From NCBI GenBank assembly GCA_046347835.1, contig JAXMFI010000003.1, positions 41,759-105,758 of the forward strand: a stretch of 64,000 bases of DNA, in the 5' to 3' direction. This stretch comes from Burkholderiales bacterium. Its GTDB lineage: Bacteria; Pseudomonadota; Gammaproteobacteria; Burkholderiales; Casimicrobiaceae. The notes beneath the pieces were generated by a model that saw nothing but the letters and a program-made list of their open reading frames with translations, was not told the DNA's origin and made no database searches. This document shows, in pieces, positions 27,346-36,835 of the stretch (position 1 is the stretch's first letter; every line of letters begins with the position of its first letter). Made by a program: the position numbers and the translations under genes.

Positions 27346-27630
27346 CTACGGTTCGACGGTCACGCCCTTCCAGAACGCGACGCGGCCTTCGATGTGCCGC
27401 GCCGCATCCGTCGTCGCCGGGTAGTACCACGCGGCGTTGCGGTTGACCGCGTCGCCGACGACCACGTCGTAGTAGCTCGCCGTGCCCTTCCACGGGCACA
27501 CCGTGTGCGTCGCGCTGTCGCGCAGGTACGCGCGGTCGACGCTCGCGGCCGGGAAGTAGTGGTTGCCCTCGACGACGACCGTGTCGCCGGATTCGGCGAG
27601 CACGGCGCCGTTCCACACGGCGCGCGGCAT
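27346..27630 (-). CDS. DUF427 protein
   Basis: VEGNHYFP, CPWKGTASYY, AAWYYP, RVAFWKGV. Confidence 0.92.
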   Translation of the reverse strand: MPRAVWNGAVLAESGDTVVVEGNHYFPAASVDRAYLRDSATHTVCPWKGTASYYDVVVGDAVNRNAAWYYPATTDAARHIEGRVAFWKGVTVEP

Positions 27631-27643
27631 GGCGTGCGGCGCG

Positions 27644-28936
27644 CTATGTGCGCACCTGCCCCGACCCCAGCACGACCCACTTCTGGCTGGTCAGCCCTTC
27701 GAGGCCGACAGGCCCCCGCGCGTGCAGCTTGTTGGTCGAGATGCCGATCTCGGCGCCCAGCCCGAACTCGAAGCCGTCGGCGAAGCGCGTCGACGCGTTG
27801 ACCATCACCGAGCTCGAGTCGACCTCGCGCAGGAAGCGCATCGCGTGGCCGTAGTCCTGCGTGACGATCGCGTCGGTGTGCTGCGAGCCGTACTGCGCGA
27901 TGTGCGCGATCGCCTCGTCGAGCGAGTCGACGACGCGCACGGCGAGGATCGGCGCCAGGTACTCGGTGTACCAGTCGTCCTCCGTGGCAGGCTTCATCGC
28001 CGGCACCAGCGCGCGCGAGCGCGCGCAACCGCGCAGCTCGACGCCCTTGGCGACGTAGATGTCGGCGAGCGGCGGCAGCAGGCGCGCGGCGATGTCCGCG
28101 TGCAAGAGCAGCGTCTCCATCGTGTTACACGGCGAGTAGCGCTGCGTCTTCGCGTTGTCGGCGATGCGGATCGCCATGGCGACGTCGGCCGAAGCGTCGA
28201 CGAACACGTGGCAGACGCCGTCCAGGTGCTTGATCACCGGCACCTTCGCGTCGCGTGCGATGCGCTCGATCAGACCCTTGCCCCCGCGCGGGACGATGAC
28301 GTCGACGTGGCGCTCGTCGGCGATCAGGTGGCCGACGGCCGCTCGATCGGTGGTGGCGACGACCTGCACCGCCTGCTCGGGCAATCCGGCCTCGGCGAGG
28401 CCGCGGTGCACGCACGCGGCAATCGCGTGATTGCTGTGGATCGCCTCGGACCCGCCACGCAGGATCGTCGCGTTGCCGGACTTGAGGCACAGCCCGGCCG
28501 CGTCGGCGGTCACGTTGGGCCGCGACTCGTAGATGATGCCGACCACGCCCAGCGGCACCCGCATGCGTCCGACCTGGATGCCGGTCGGCCGGTAGCGCAG
28601 GTCGGTGATCTCGCCGATCGGGTCGGGCAGCGCCGCGATCTCCGCGAGCCCCTCGGCCATCGCCTGCACGGACTTCGCGGTGAGCGTCAGCCGGTCGACG
28701 AACGCCGGGTCCTGCCCGGCCGCCTTGGCCGCGGCGACGTCCTCGGCATTGGCGGCCAGCAGCCGCCCCTCGTCGGCGCGGATCGCCGCGGCGATTGCCA
28801 GCAGTGCCCGGTTCTTCGTCCCCGTGTCGGCGCGCGCGAGCTCGCGCGCTGCCGCGCGTGCGGCCGCGCCCACGGCGCGCATGTACGCCGCGACGTCGGC
28901 GACGTCGCCCAGGCCGGGGATCGCGAGGTTGGTCAT
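27644..28936 (-). CDS. proA: Glutamate-5-semialdehyde dehydrogenase
   Basis: [58 protein letters not shown]. Confidence 0.98.
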   Translation of the reverse strand: MTNLAIPGLGDVADVAAYMRAVGAAARAAARELARADTGTKNRALLAIAAAIRADEGRLLAANAEDVAAAKAAGQDPAFVDRLTLTAKSVQAMAEGLAEIAALPDPIGEITDLRYRPTGIQVGRMRVPLGVVGIIYESRPNVTADAAGLCLKSGNATILRGGSEAIHSNHAIAACVHRGLAEAGLPEQAVQVVATTDRAAVGHLIADERHVDVIVPRGGKGLIERIARDAKVPVIKHLDGVCHVFVDASADVAMAIRIADNAKTQRYSPCNTMETLLLHADIAARLLPPLADIYVAKGVELRGCARSRALVPAMKPATEDDWYTEYLAPILAVRVVDSLDEAIAHIAQYGSQHTDAIVTQDYGHAMRFLREVDSSSVMVNASTRFADGFEFGLGAEIGISTNKLHARGPVGLEGLTSQKWVVLGSGQVRT

Positions 28937-29120
28937 CCGCGCATTCTAGCGCGGCCGGCACATGGAGCCAGGCTCGGTTTCCGGAAGCCGAGCCGGGCTC
29001 CATTTTTCGCTTTCTTGCCGCGGGTCAAACCGGGCCCCTGCCGCCCGGCCGACAATCGCAGCGAGGGCGTCCGCCGCGACGACGGGTGCCCACGGTCGGC
29101 CGACCACGAGGAGGGACGAC

Positions 29121-29537
29121 ATGCTAGTCCGCGACCGCATGAGCGCGCATCCAGTCACGATTCGCAGCGACGCCGACTACAAGGCGGCGCTGAAGCTGAT
29201 GCAGGAGCACGAGCTGCACCACGTGCCGGTGCTCGACGAGCGGCGCAAGCTCGTCGGCATCGTCGCCGAGCGCGACCTGCTCCTTGCGGCCTCGCAGCAC
29301 CTGCAGTCGACGATCGAGGTGGGCGAGGTCATGCACCGGGACGTCGCCACCGTCACGCGCGACATGCCGATCGCGGAAGCCGCGGCGCTGATGGTCGACC
29401 GCCGGATCGGCGGGCTGCCCGTCGTCGACGCGAGCCAGCAGGTCGTGGGCGTCATCACCGAGACCGACATCTTCCGCGCCTTCGTCGAGATGCAGCACCG
29501 GCTCGACGGGGCGGAGCGCCGGAAGTCCGCGGGCTAG
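29121..29537 (+). CDS. CBS-domain protein
   Basis: GAGGAGG RBS; [17 protein letters not shown]; [18 protein letters not shown]. Confidence 0.9.
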   Translation: MLVRDRMSAHPVTIRSDADYKAALKLMQEHELHHVPVLDERRKLVGIVAERDLLLAASQHLQSTIEVGEVMHRDVATVTRDMPIAEAAALMVDRRIGGLPVVDASQQVVGVITETDIFRAFVEMQHRLDGAERRKSAG

Positions 29538-29594
29538 AATCCGGCCGGTCCGGTGCGCGCCCGCGCGCCGGTATACGCAGCGGGAGCAAGGGCA

Positions 29595-30407
29595 ATGAGC
29601 TACGAGCGGCTGGACGCGCGCCTCGACGGCGCGGTGGCGACGATCGCGCTGAACCGCCCCGACAGGGGCAACGCGCTCGACCTGCCGATGTGGCACGAGC
29701 TGCGCGCGGCGATGCGCTGGCTCGACGAGACGCCGGAGGCGCGCGTGGGCGTGGTCACGGGCAACGGGAGCCACTTCACCACCGGCATCGACCTCTCGCT
29801 GCTGGCCGCGGTGCGGGAGAAGATCGCCGACCCGTGCGACGGCCGCGCGCGCGAGAAGCTGCGGCAGCTGATCCTGGAGCTGCAGGACGTGTTCACGGCG
29901 ATCGAGCGCTGCCGCAAGCCGGTGATCGCCGCGATCCACGGCGCGTGCATCGGCGGCGGCGTCGACCTCGTCACGGCGTGCGACCTGCGCTACTGCTCGG
30001 CCGACGCGGTGTTCTGCGTGAAGGAGGTCGACGTCGGGATGACCGCCGACGTCGGCACGCTGCAGCGGCTGCCGAAGCTCGTCGGCGAGGGCATGGCGCG
30101 CGAGCTCGCGTACACGGGCCGGACGGTGGACGGGGCGGAGGCGCAGGCGCTGCGACTCGTCAACCGGTGCTTCGGGACGAAGTCCGAGATGCTGGCGGGC
30201 GTGCGCGAGATCGCAGCGGCCATCGCGGCCAAGTCGCCGCTCGCGATCCGCGGCACCAAGGAGATGATCACGTACGCGCGCGACCACCCGGTCGCCGACG
30301 CGCTCAACTACGTCGCGACGTGGAACGCCGCGATGCTGCTATCGGTCGACCTGCCCGAGGCGATGACGGCGGCCCGGGAGAAGCGGCCGCCGCGGTTCCG
30401 CGACTGA
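29595..30407 (+). CDS. Crotonase/enoyl-CoA hydratase family (ECH1-like)
   Basis: LNRPDRGNAL, FTTGIDL, KPVIAAIHGACIGGGVDL, ADVGTLQRLPK. Confidence 0.92.
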   Translation: MSYERLDARLDGAVATIALNRPDRGNALDLPMWHELRAAMRWLDETPEARVGVVTGNGSHFTTGIDLSLLAAVREKIADPCDGRAREKLRQLILELQDVFTAIERCRKPVIAAIHGACIGGGVDLVTACDLRYCSADAVFCVKEVDVGMTADVGTLQRLPKLVGEGMARELAYTGRTVDGAEAQALRLVNRCFGTKSEMLAGVREIAAAIAAKSPLAIRGTKEMITYARDHPVADALNYVATWNAAMLLSVDLPEAMTAAREKRPPRFRD

Positions 30408-30500
30408 GGCGGGCAACGGTTCACGCCGCCAGTTAGTGTCAGAAGCGGCAGCCGCCCACCGCCGGAGCGGCGACGGACACGCGTCCGGTTCGACGCACCG

Positions 30501-30827
30501 TCAGGCGGTTGCCGCATTCTCGTCGTTCCCGAGCGCGGCGCGGACCACTGCGGCGACCGACGACGGCGATATTCCCCGGCGTGCGCAATAGCGAGACTCG
30601 AGCCACCGGGCCAGCGGTTTGGTCCCCTTGCTCGCGTTGCACGAAACGCAACATCGGGCGATGTTCTCCCGCGTAACGATTCGCGCATCGTTGACGATGT
30701 GTTCCCACGATGGCCGAATTCGCCTGTCCGGACTCCCGGCCACGAGCTCGACGCCGCAGTAGACGCCGAGGCGATCCCGTGCAACGACCTCACGCTCCAG
30801 CCAGTTCGGTATCTTCCAGCGGTTCAC
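30501..30827 (-). CDS. Small HNH endonuclease-like protein, possibly degenerate
   Basis: RD..GVYCG (expected CxYC), WEHIVND, CCVSCNASKG. Confidence 0.72.
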   Translation of the reverse strand: MNRWKIPNWLEREVVARDRLGVYCGVELVAGSPDRRIRPSWEHIVNDARIVTRENIARCCVSCNASKGTKPLARWLESRYCARRGISPSSVAAVVRAALGNDENAATA

Positions 30828-30989
30828 GTTCGAAGGGCGCGTCGCCTGTCAGCCGACCGGCGGGCTACACCCGTGCTCGCCACGCTGAAATCGCAAGCCG
30901 TCTCGCTCCCTCGAGTACAGGGTTTGGCCTCGGTTTCGAATGGAGGGCGGATGCGCGGCCGTGGCCACGAACGGTCTTCTTCAAGAGGG

Positions 30990-31964
30990 CTACTCGATCA
31001 CCTGGTCAGCGCTCAGCAGGATCGACTGCGGGAGCTTGATGCCGAGCGCCTTGGCCGCCTTCAGGTTGACGGTCAACTCGAACCGCAGAGGCTGTTCGAT
31101 CGGAAGCGCTCCCGGCTTCGCGCCTCGCAGGACGCGATCGACGTAACCGGCAGCGCGCCGGAACTGGTCGGCGAAGTCGATCGAGTACGACATCAGTCCG
31201 CCGTCCAGAGCAAAGGGTTGGAACCCGTACATGGCGGGCAGCCGTATGGCGGACATGCGTCGCACAACATCGGCGCGGTTGGTGAACACGTTCGGGTTTT
31301 CGATCACCAGCACAGCGTCCGGTCGCTCGCGCGCGAGCATCTCGAACGATGTGTCGAAGGTTTCCGGACGTCCGATGGGCACCCGCAGTGCTTGCACGTG
31401 GAGCGACTGCAGGACTTGTTCCGCAAGCGCCGCCTGCCGCACGTTCAGATCGAAGTCCGGTTGATACAGCAAGGCGACGCGCTTGGCGGACGGAACGACG
31501 CGGAGCAGCAGCTCGACCCGCTTGCTCAGGATTTCGACGTTCATCGAGACCAGGCCAGTCGCGTTCTTGCCCGGGCGCGCGAGGCTCTCGGCGAGCCCGC
31601 TGGACAACGGCTCCTGCACAAGCGCGAATACGATCGGAATGGACTTCGTCACGTTCATGACCGCCATCGCCGACGGCTGGGTCGGGGCGAGTATCAGGTC
31701 CGGCTTCAGCGCGACGAGCTCTGCCGCGAGCGGCGCATGGCGCTCCACATCGCCGTCCGCGTAGCGCCGGTCGACCACCAGGTTCCGGCCTTCGACCCAG
31801 CCGGCCTTGGCGAGCGCCTGGAAGAAATCGCCGAACGGTGTGAATGCCCCCGCGGACGAGCTCGACAGGACTCCGATCCGTGCAGTCTTCTGCTCCGCGA
31901 TGCCGTAGACCGGAAACAGCGCCGCGGCGCCGACGAGAACGCGCGTGAAGGATCTGCGCTTCAC
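30990..31964 (-). CDS. Orphan ABC transporter substrate-binding protein (COG2984 family), second paralog
   Basis: MKRRSF N-terminus, GWVEGRNLVVDRRYA, SLARPGKNATG, GGLMSYS, GAKPGALPIEQP, ADQVIE. Confidence 0.92.
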   Translation of the reverse strand: MKRRSFTRVLVGAAALFPVYGIAEQKTARIGVLSSSSAGAFTPFGDFFQALAKAGWVEGRNLVVDRRYADGDVERHAPLAAELVALKPDLILAPTQPSAMAVMNVTKSIPIVFALVQEPLSSGLAESLARPGKNATGLVSMNVEILSKRVELLLRVVPSAKRVALLYQPDFDLNVRQAALAEQVLQSLHVQALRVPIGRPETFDTSFEMLARERPDAVLVIENPNVFTNRADVVRRMSAIRLPAMYGFQPFALDGGLMSYSIDFADQFRRAAGYVDRVLRGAKPGALPIEQPLRFELTVNLKAAKALGIKLPQSILLSADQVIE

Positions 31965-32249
31965 TGATTTACCCGATCAGGCACAAGTGGGAGTCCTGGC
32001 ATGATCCCGGTTGCCCGCTGGCAGTCTGGCGACAGTCTACGCGTCCAGCGATGGGTTGCGGTTCGCAGGCGGGCCTCTTGCGGTCCTGGCGCCCAAATTA
32101 CCGTACCCGTTTCCCGCGCCTGTCAGCAACTGCGCGAGCATCGGTCGAACAGGCACCCGCCAGAGTTCGCGTCCGGCTTGACGTGCCGTCGAATCCTGGC
32201 GACGCCGCATGCCCTCTATTTCGCGCGCGCAGGAAGCGCAGGAAGGCGC

Positions 32250-32918
32250 CTACCGACCCGAAGGGACGAGCGTCCGCACGCCGCCCTCGGTGCCGATCAG
32301 GATGACGTCCGCGCCCCGCCGCGCGAACAGCCCGACGGTGACGACTCCGGGGATCTGGTTGATCGTCGTCTCCAGCGCGACGGGGTCGGCGATCGCCAAT
32401 CCGGAAACGTCGAGGATGACATTGCCGTTGTCGGTCGTGAAGCCCATCCGCCACGCCGGCTGGCCGCCCAGGTGCACGAGCTCGCGCGCGACGTAGCTCC
32501 TCGCCATCGGGATCACCTCGACCGGCAGCGGGAACTTCCCGAGCACCGGCACCAGCTTCGACTGGTCGACGATGCAGACGAACTTGCGCCCGACCGCGGC
32601 GACGATCTTCTCCCGCGTCAGCGCACCGCCGCCGCCCTTGATCATCGCGCCGTGCTCGGTGACCTCGTCGGCGCCGTCGACGTAGACGGGCACGTCGGCG
32701 ACGTTGTTGAGTTCCTCGACCTCGATCCCGTGCGCGCGCAGCCGCTCGGTCGACTTCACCGAGCTCGACACCGCGCCCTTGATCCTGCCCTTGATCTGCG
32801 CGAGCTCGTCGATGAAGAAGTTGGCGGTCGACCCGGAACCGACGCCGACCCATGCGCCCGGCACCACGTACCGGATCGCCTCCCGTGCCACCGCCTGCTT
32901 CAGTTCGTCCTGCGTCAT
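32250..32918 (-). CDS. rpiA: Ribose-5-phosphate isomerase A
   Basis: [47 protein letters not shown]. Confidence 0.98.
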   Translation of the reverse strand: MTQDELKQAVAREAIRYVVPGAWVGVGSGSTANFFIDELAQIKGRIKGAVSSSVKSTERLRAHGIEVEELNNVADVPVYVDGADEVTEHGAMIKGGGGALTREKIVAAVGRKFVCIVDQSKLVPVLGKFPLPVEVIPMARSYVARELVHLGGQPAWRMGFTTDNGNVILDVSGLAIADPVALETTINQIPGVVTVGLFARRGADVILIGTEGGVRTLVPSGR

Positions 32919-32949
32919 GTTCGGATGTCCTCGCCGCGATCGGACGATT

Positions 32950-33891
32950 CTACGCCGCGGGCCGCGACGGACGCACCCGGCGCACGACGTGCATCGCGGC
33001 CACCAGCACGGCTCCGGCGGCGACGCCGACGAGCGCATCCGCCGCGAGCGACCCGAGCGTCGCCGCGCCCGGCCACGCGGTCGCCGCGGCGACCGCGCGC
33101 TCGACGGCGTGGCGCAGTGGCACGATGCCGTGCACGAGGATGCTTCCGCCGACGACGAACATCGCCGCGGTGCCCGCGACCGACAGCAGCTTCATGAACC
33201 AGGGCGCGACGCGCAGGATGCCCTCGCCGAGCGCGCGCGCGGCGCGGGCGCCCGCGCCGTCGCCGATGCGCGCACGCAGGTACAGCCCCGCGTCGTCGAG
33301 CTTCACGATGGCCGCGACGATGCCGTAGACGCCGACGGTCATCAGCGCGGCGATGCCGACGAGCACGGCGACCTGGGTGCCGAACGCGGCGCCGGCCACC
33401 GTGCCCAGCGCGATGACGACGATCTCCGCCGACAGGATGAAGTCGGTGCGCACGGCGCCCTTGATCTTCGCGCGCTCGAACGAGACGAGATCGGCGGCCG
33501 GATCGGCCAGCGTCCGCGCGAGCGCTTCGTGCGCGGCCGCACGCTCGGCCGGCCCCTGCAGGAACCGGTGCGCGAGCTTCTCGAAGCCCTCGTAGCAGAG
33601 GAACGCGCCGCCGACCATCAGCAGCGGCACGATCGCCCACGGTGCCGCAGCGCTGACCGCGAGCGCCGCCGGCACGAGGATGGCCTTGTTGACGGCCGAC
33701 CCCTTGGCGACCGCCAGGACGACCGGCAGCTCGCGCTCGGCACGTATGCCGGCGACCTGCTGCGCATTGAGGGCCAAGTCGTCGCCCAGCACGCCCGCGG
33801 TCTTCGTCGTCGCGACCTTCGTGAGCGCGGCGACGTCGTCGAGGACGCTCGCGATGTCGTCGATGAGCGCGATGAGGCCGGTCGCGGCCAT
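32950..33891 (-). CDS. DUF808 (YedI-like) inner membrane protein
   Basis: [41 protein letters not shown]. Confidence 0.92.
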   Translation of the reverse strand: MAATGLIALIDDIASVLDDVAALTKVATTKTAGVLGDDLALNAQQVAGIRAERELPVVLAVAKGSAVNKAILVPAALAVSAAAPWAIVPLLMVGGAFLCYEGFEKLAHRFLQGPAERAAAHEALARTLADPAADLVSFERAKIKGAVRTDFILSAEIVVIALGTVAGAAFGTQVAVLVGIAALMTVGVYGIVAAIVKLDDAGLYLRARIGDGAGARAARALGEGILRVAPWFMKLLSVAGTAAMFVVGGSILVHGIVPLRHAVERAVAAATAWPGAATLGSLAADALVGVAAGAVLVAAMHVVRRVRPSRPAA

Positions 33892-33912
33892 CGGGAAGCG
33901 CGGCGTGCGGCG

Positions 33913-34329
33913 TCAGCCGCGGCGGCCGGGATTGACGGGTGCGGGCGGCACGAATCCCGGCTTGTCCCAATCGGCCCACCGGTCGGCGTCGGCCTGCCAG
34001 GGCCGGCGCGCGTAGTGCGCGGCCCAGTAGTCGCGCACCGAGAACGTGACGACCGGCGCCTGCCGGCTCGCGAACGGCTGCGACAGGTACGACGCCGCGA
34101 TCCAGCCGCGCGTGCGGCCGGCGACGACGTCGCACCAGCGCCCGTCGGCCGTGCAGCCGGCGACGTGCAGCGGGTTGCGCGCCGGCAGCCACGTGACGAC
34201 CGGGAACATCCGGTCGGGGCCCGCGCGCACGTTGACGGCGTCGCGCGTGTGCGCGAGCTGCGCATCCACCGGCGCTGACAGCGCGAGCAGCACCGCCGCC
34301 AACCACCGCCGCATCGATTTCGTCCTCAT
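33913..34329 (-). CDS. Secreted bacterial SH3-domain protein
   Basis: Signal peptide; VNVRAGPDRMFPVV, GC..DGRWCDV, RGWIAASYL. Confidence 0.85.
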   Translation of the reverse strand: MRTKSMRRWLAAVLLALSAPVDAQLAHTRDAVNVRAGPDRMFPVVTWLPARNPLHVAGCTADGRWCDVVAGRTRGWIAASYLSQPFASRQAPVVTFSVRDYWAAHYARRPWQADADRWADWDKPGFVPPAPVNPGRRG

Positions 34330-34357
34330 CGCCGCGGAATCTACCATGCAGCCGGCG

Positions 34358-35440
34358 TCAATCGCCGGAGAGGTTGCCGCTGCGCGACAACAGCACGGCG
34401 ATCGGCCGCGTCGCCGCGAACTCGGAGAACACGATCGCCAGCACCGCCGTCACCGGCACGGCGAGGAAGGCACCGGACACCCCCCACAGCCCCGACCACA
34501 CGGTCAGGCTCACGAGGATCACGAACGGTGACAGATTGAGCGAGTTGCCGAGCAGGTACGGATCGAGGAAGTTGCCGATGACGAACTGCACGACGAAGAG
34601 CCCGGCGAGCAGCGTCAGCACGGTCGCGAGGTCGCCGAACTGCACGATCGCCATCGCCACCGGCAGGGCCACGGCGAGGAACGAGCCGATGTACGGGACG
34701 TAGTTGAACAGCACCATCAGCATCGACCAGAACGCCGCGAACTCGAGGCCGTACAGCGCCATGATGCCGAAGGAGAGCACGCCCTGCAGGAAGCCCAGGA
34801 ACGTCTTGAGCGCAAGGTAGGAGCCCACGCGCGCGTTGACGCTCTCGAAGATCTGGCGGACCCGCGCCGCGTTGGCCGGACCGCCGGCGACCCGGTCGAT
34901 CTTGTCGGAAAACGCCCGCTGCTCGAGCAGCAGGAACGCGACGTAGAGCAGGACGACGATCACGCCGCCGACGATCGACGCGGCGATCGCCACGGACGAG
35001 CCGATCAGCGCCTGCAGGCTCACCTGCTCGAGGAAGATCTGGCGCAGCGTGCCCCACGTCGGCTCGTCCTCTACGCCGAAGCGCACGGCGAGCTTCTGGA
35101 TCGTCGCGAGCAGCGTCGCCTGGTACAGCGGCGCGCGGGCCGCGACACGGTCGAGGTTGGCGAGCGCGACGAGCGCGACCAGCGTCAGCGCGCCTCCGGT
35201 CACCAGCACCGACAGCGCGTAGCGCAGCTTGAGCGGCAGCGCGGGGCCCAGCACCGGTATCCGGGCGAGCTGGCGGGTGACGCCGACGATCACGAACGCG
35301 ACGAGCGTGGCCAGCACCACCGGCACGATCACGCTCTTGCCGATGTAGAGCACCCAGCCGACGATGAGCGCGAGCACGCTGCCGTAGACGAACGCCTGCA
35401 GGCGCACGTGCGCCGGCGCGCCGTGCGGATCCGCCGTCAC
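34358..35440 (-). CDS. AI-2E family transporter
   Basis: Hydrophobic; YLALKT, LFNYVPYIGS, GNFLDPYLLG.SLNLSP, WSGLWGVSGAFLAVP; GTG overlaps the aceF stop. Confidence 0.9.
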   Translation of the reverse strand: MTADPHGAPAHVRLQAFVYGSVLALIVGWVLYIGKSVIVPVVLATLVAFVIVGVTRQLARIPVLGPALPLKLRYALSVLVTGGALTLVALVALANLDRVAARAPLYQATLLATIQKLAVRFGVEDEPTWGTLRQIFLEQVSLQALIGSSVAIAASIVGGVIVVLLYVAFLLLEQRAFSDKIDRVAGGPANAARVRQIFESVNARVGSYLALKTFLGFLQGVLSFGIMALYGLEFAAFWSMLMVLFNYVPYIGSFLAVALPVAMAIVQFGDLATVLTLLAGLFVVQFVIGNFLDPYLLGNSLNLSPFVILVSLTVWSGLWGVSGAFLAVPVTAVLAIVFSEFAATRPIAVLLSRSGNLSGD

Positions 35441-36744
35441 AGCAGCACGCGGCGGAAGTCGGCGAGCACGGCACCGAGAAACGCGGTGAAGCGCGCAGCG
35501 GCCGCGCCGTCGATCACGCGGTGGTCGTACGACAGCGACAGCGGCAGCACGAGCCGAGGCGCGAATTCGCGGCCGTTCCAGACCGGCTTCGTCGCGCTCT
35601 TCGACACCCCGAGGATCGCCACCTCGGGCGCGTTGATGATCGGCGTGAACGCCGTGCCCCCGATGCCGCCGAGCGAGCTCACGGAAAAGCACCCGCCCTG
35701 CATGTCGGCGGGCCCGAGCTTGCCCTCGCGCGCCTTCGCCGACAGCGCGCCCATCTCGCGCGCGATCTCCAGCACGCCCTTGCGGTCCGCGTCCTTCAGC
35801 ACCGGCACGACGAGGCCGTTGGGCGTGTCCGCGGCGAAGCCGATGTGGTAATAGCGCTTGCGCACGAGGGTGTCGCCTTCCAGCGAGGCATTGAAATCGG
35901 GGAACTTCTGCAGGGCCGCCACCGACGCCTTGATCAGGAACGCGAGCATCGTCAGCCTGACGCCGGCCTTCTCGTGCTCCCTGTTGAGCTGCACGCGCAG
36001 CGCCTCGAGGTCGGTGATGTCGGCCTCGTCGAACTGCGTGACGTGCGGGATCATCACCCAGTTGCGCGCGAGGTTCGCGCCCGAGATCCTGCGGATCCGC
36101 GACAGCGGCACCGCATCGACCGGCCCGAACTTCGCGAAGTCCACCTTCGGCCACGGCAGCAGGTCGAGCGCGCCGCCGCCTGCGGCAGCGGCGCCGCCGG
36201 TCGCGGCGCCGCTCATCACGCCCTTCACGTACGCCTGCACGTCCTGTTGCAGGATCCGCGCGTTCGGGCCGGTGCCGGTCACGCGGGCGAGATCGACGCC
36301 CAACTCGCGCGCGAACTTGCGCACCGACGGCGACGCGTGCGCGGCCTTGAACCCCTCGTCGTCGGCCTCGGCCCCCGGCCGCCCGGCCCTCACCCCCGAC
36401 CCCATTTGCGCAGCCGGCAGCGGGGAGGAAGCCTGCGCCGCCGCGTCCGTCGCACTCCCTCTCCCGCTTGCGGGAGAGGGCTGAGGCGACGGTGTGTCCG
36501 CTGTAGCTGTCGCCTCCAGCACCAGCACCACCGCCCCTTCGCTGACCTTGTCGCCGACCTTGAGCCGCACGTCGCGCACGATGCCGGCCGCCGGCGAGGG
36601 CACGTCCATCGTCGACTTGTCGGACTCCAGCGTCACGAGCGGATCTTCGGCCTTGACCGCGTCGCCCGCCTTGACGAGGACCTCGATGACCGGGATGTCG
36701 CGGAAGTCGCCAATGTCCGGGACCTTCACTTCGAGCGTGCTCAC
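35437..36744 (-). CDS. aceF: Pyruvate dehydrogenase E2 dihydrolipoyl acetyltransferase (single lipoyl domain)
   Basis: VPDIGDF..VIEVLV, LESDKSTMDVPS, HASPSVRKFARELGVDL, LSYDHRVIDGA. Confidence 0.95.
   Translation of the reverse strand: MSTLEVKVPDIGDFRDIPVIEVLVKAGDAVKAEDPLVTLESDKSTMDVPSPAAGIVRDVRLKVGDKVSEGAVVLVLEATATADTPSPQPSPASGRGSATDAAAQASSPLPAAQMGSGVRAGRPGAEADDEGFKAAHASPSVRKFARELGVDLARVTGTGPNARILQQDVQAYVKGVMSGAATGGAAAAGGGALDLLPWPKVDFAKFGPVDAVPLSRIRRISGANLARNWVMIPHVTQFDEADITDLEALRVQLNREHEKAGVRLTMLAFLIKASVAALQKFPDFNASLEGDTLVRKRYYHIGFAADTPNGLVVPVLKDADRKGVLEIAREMGALSAKAREGKLGPADMQGGCFSVSSLGGIGGTAFTPIINAPEVAILGVSKSATKPVWNGREFAPRLVLPLSLSYDHRVIDGAAAARFTAFLGAVLADFRRVLL
36387..36492. repeat. Family B REP-like element embedded in frame in the aceF linker
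   Basis: ccctctcccgc-tt-gcgggagaggg (36457-36480) plus companion ccctcacccccgacccc (36387-36403). Confidence 0.7.
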
Positions 36745-36756
36745 GGGTACACCTTC

Positions 36757-36827
36757 TTCACCGCAGACGCAGAGGCGCCGAGAACATCCACACCGGCCGT
36801 CTCTGCGCCGCTGCGTCTCCTTGTGAA
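36757..36827. repeat. REP-like hairpin, family D (CACCGCAGA(GA)CGCAGAG type)
   Basis: ttcaccgcagacgcagaggcgccgaga ... tctctgcgccgctgcgtctccttgtgaa imperfect inverted arms between aceE and aceF. Confidence 0.6.
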
Positions 36828-36835
36828 ACCAACGC

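Noticed and set aside
30699-31967. Plus-strand 422-aa ORF containing LLDHLVSAQQDRLR
   Set aside because: Antisense reading of the COG2984 binding-protein gene; a shadow ORF.
34358-36154. 598-aa extended AI-2E ORF
   Set aside because: The N-terminal part is an alternative frame within aceF; the real start is the GTG at 35440.
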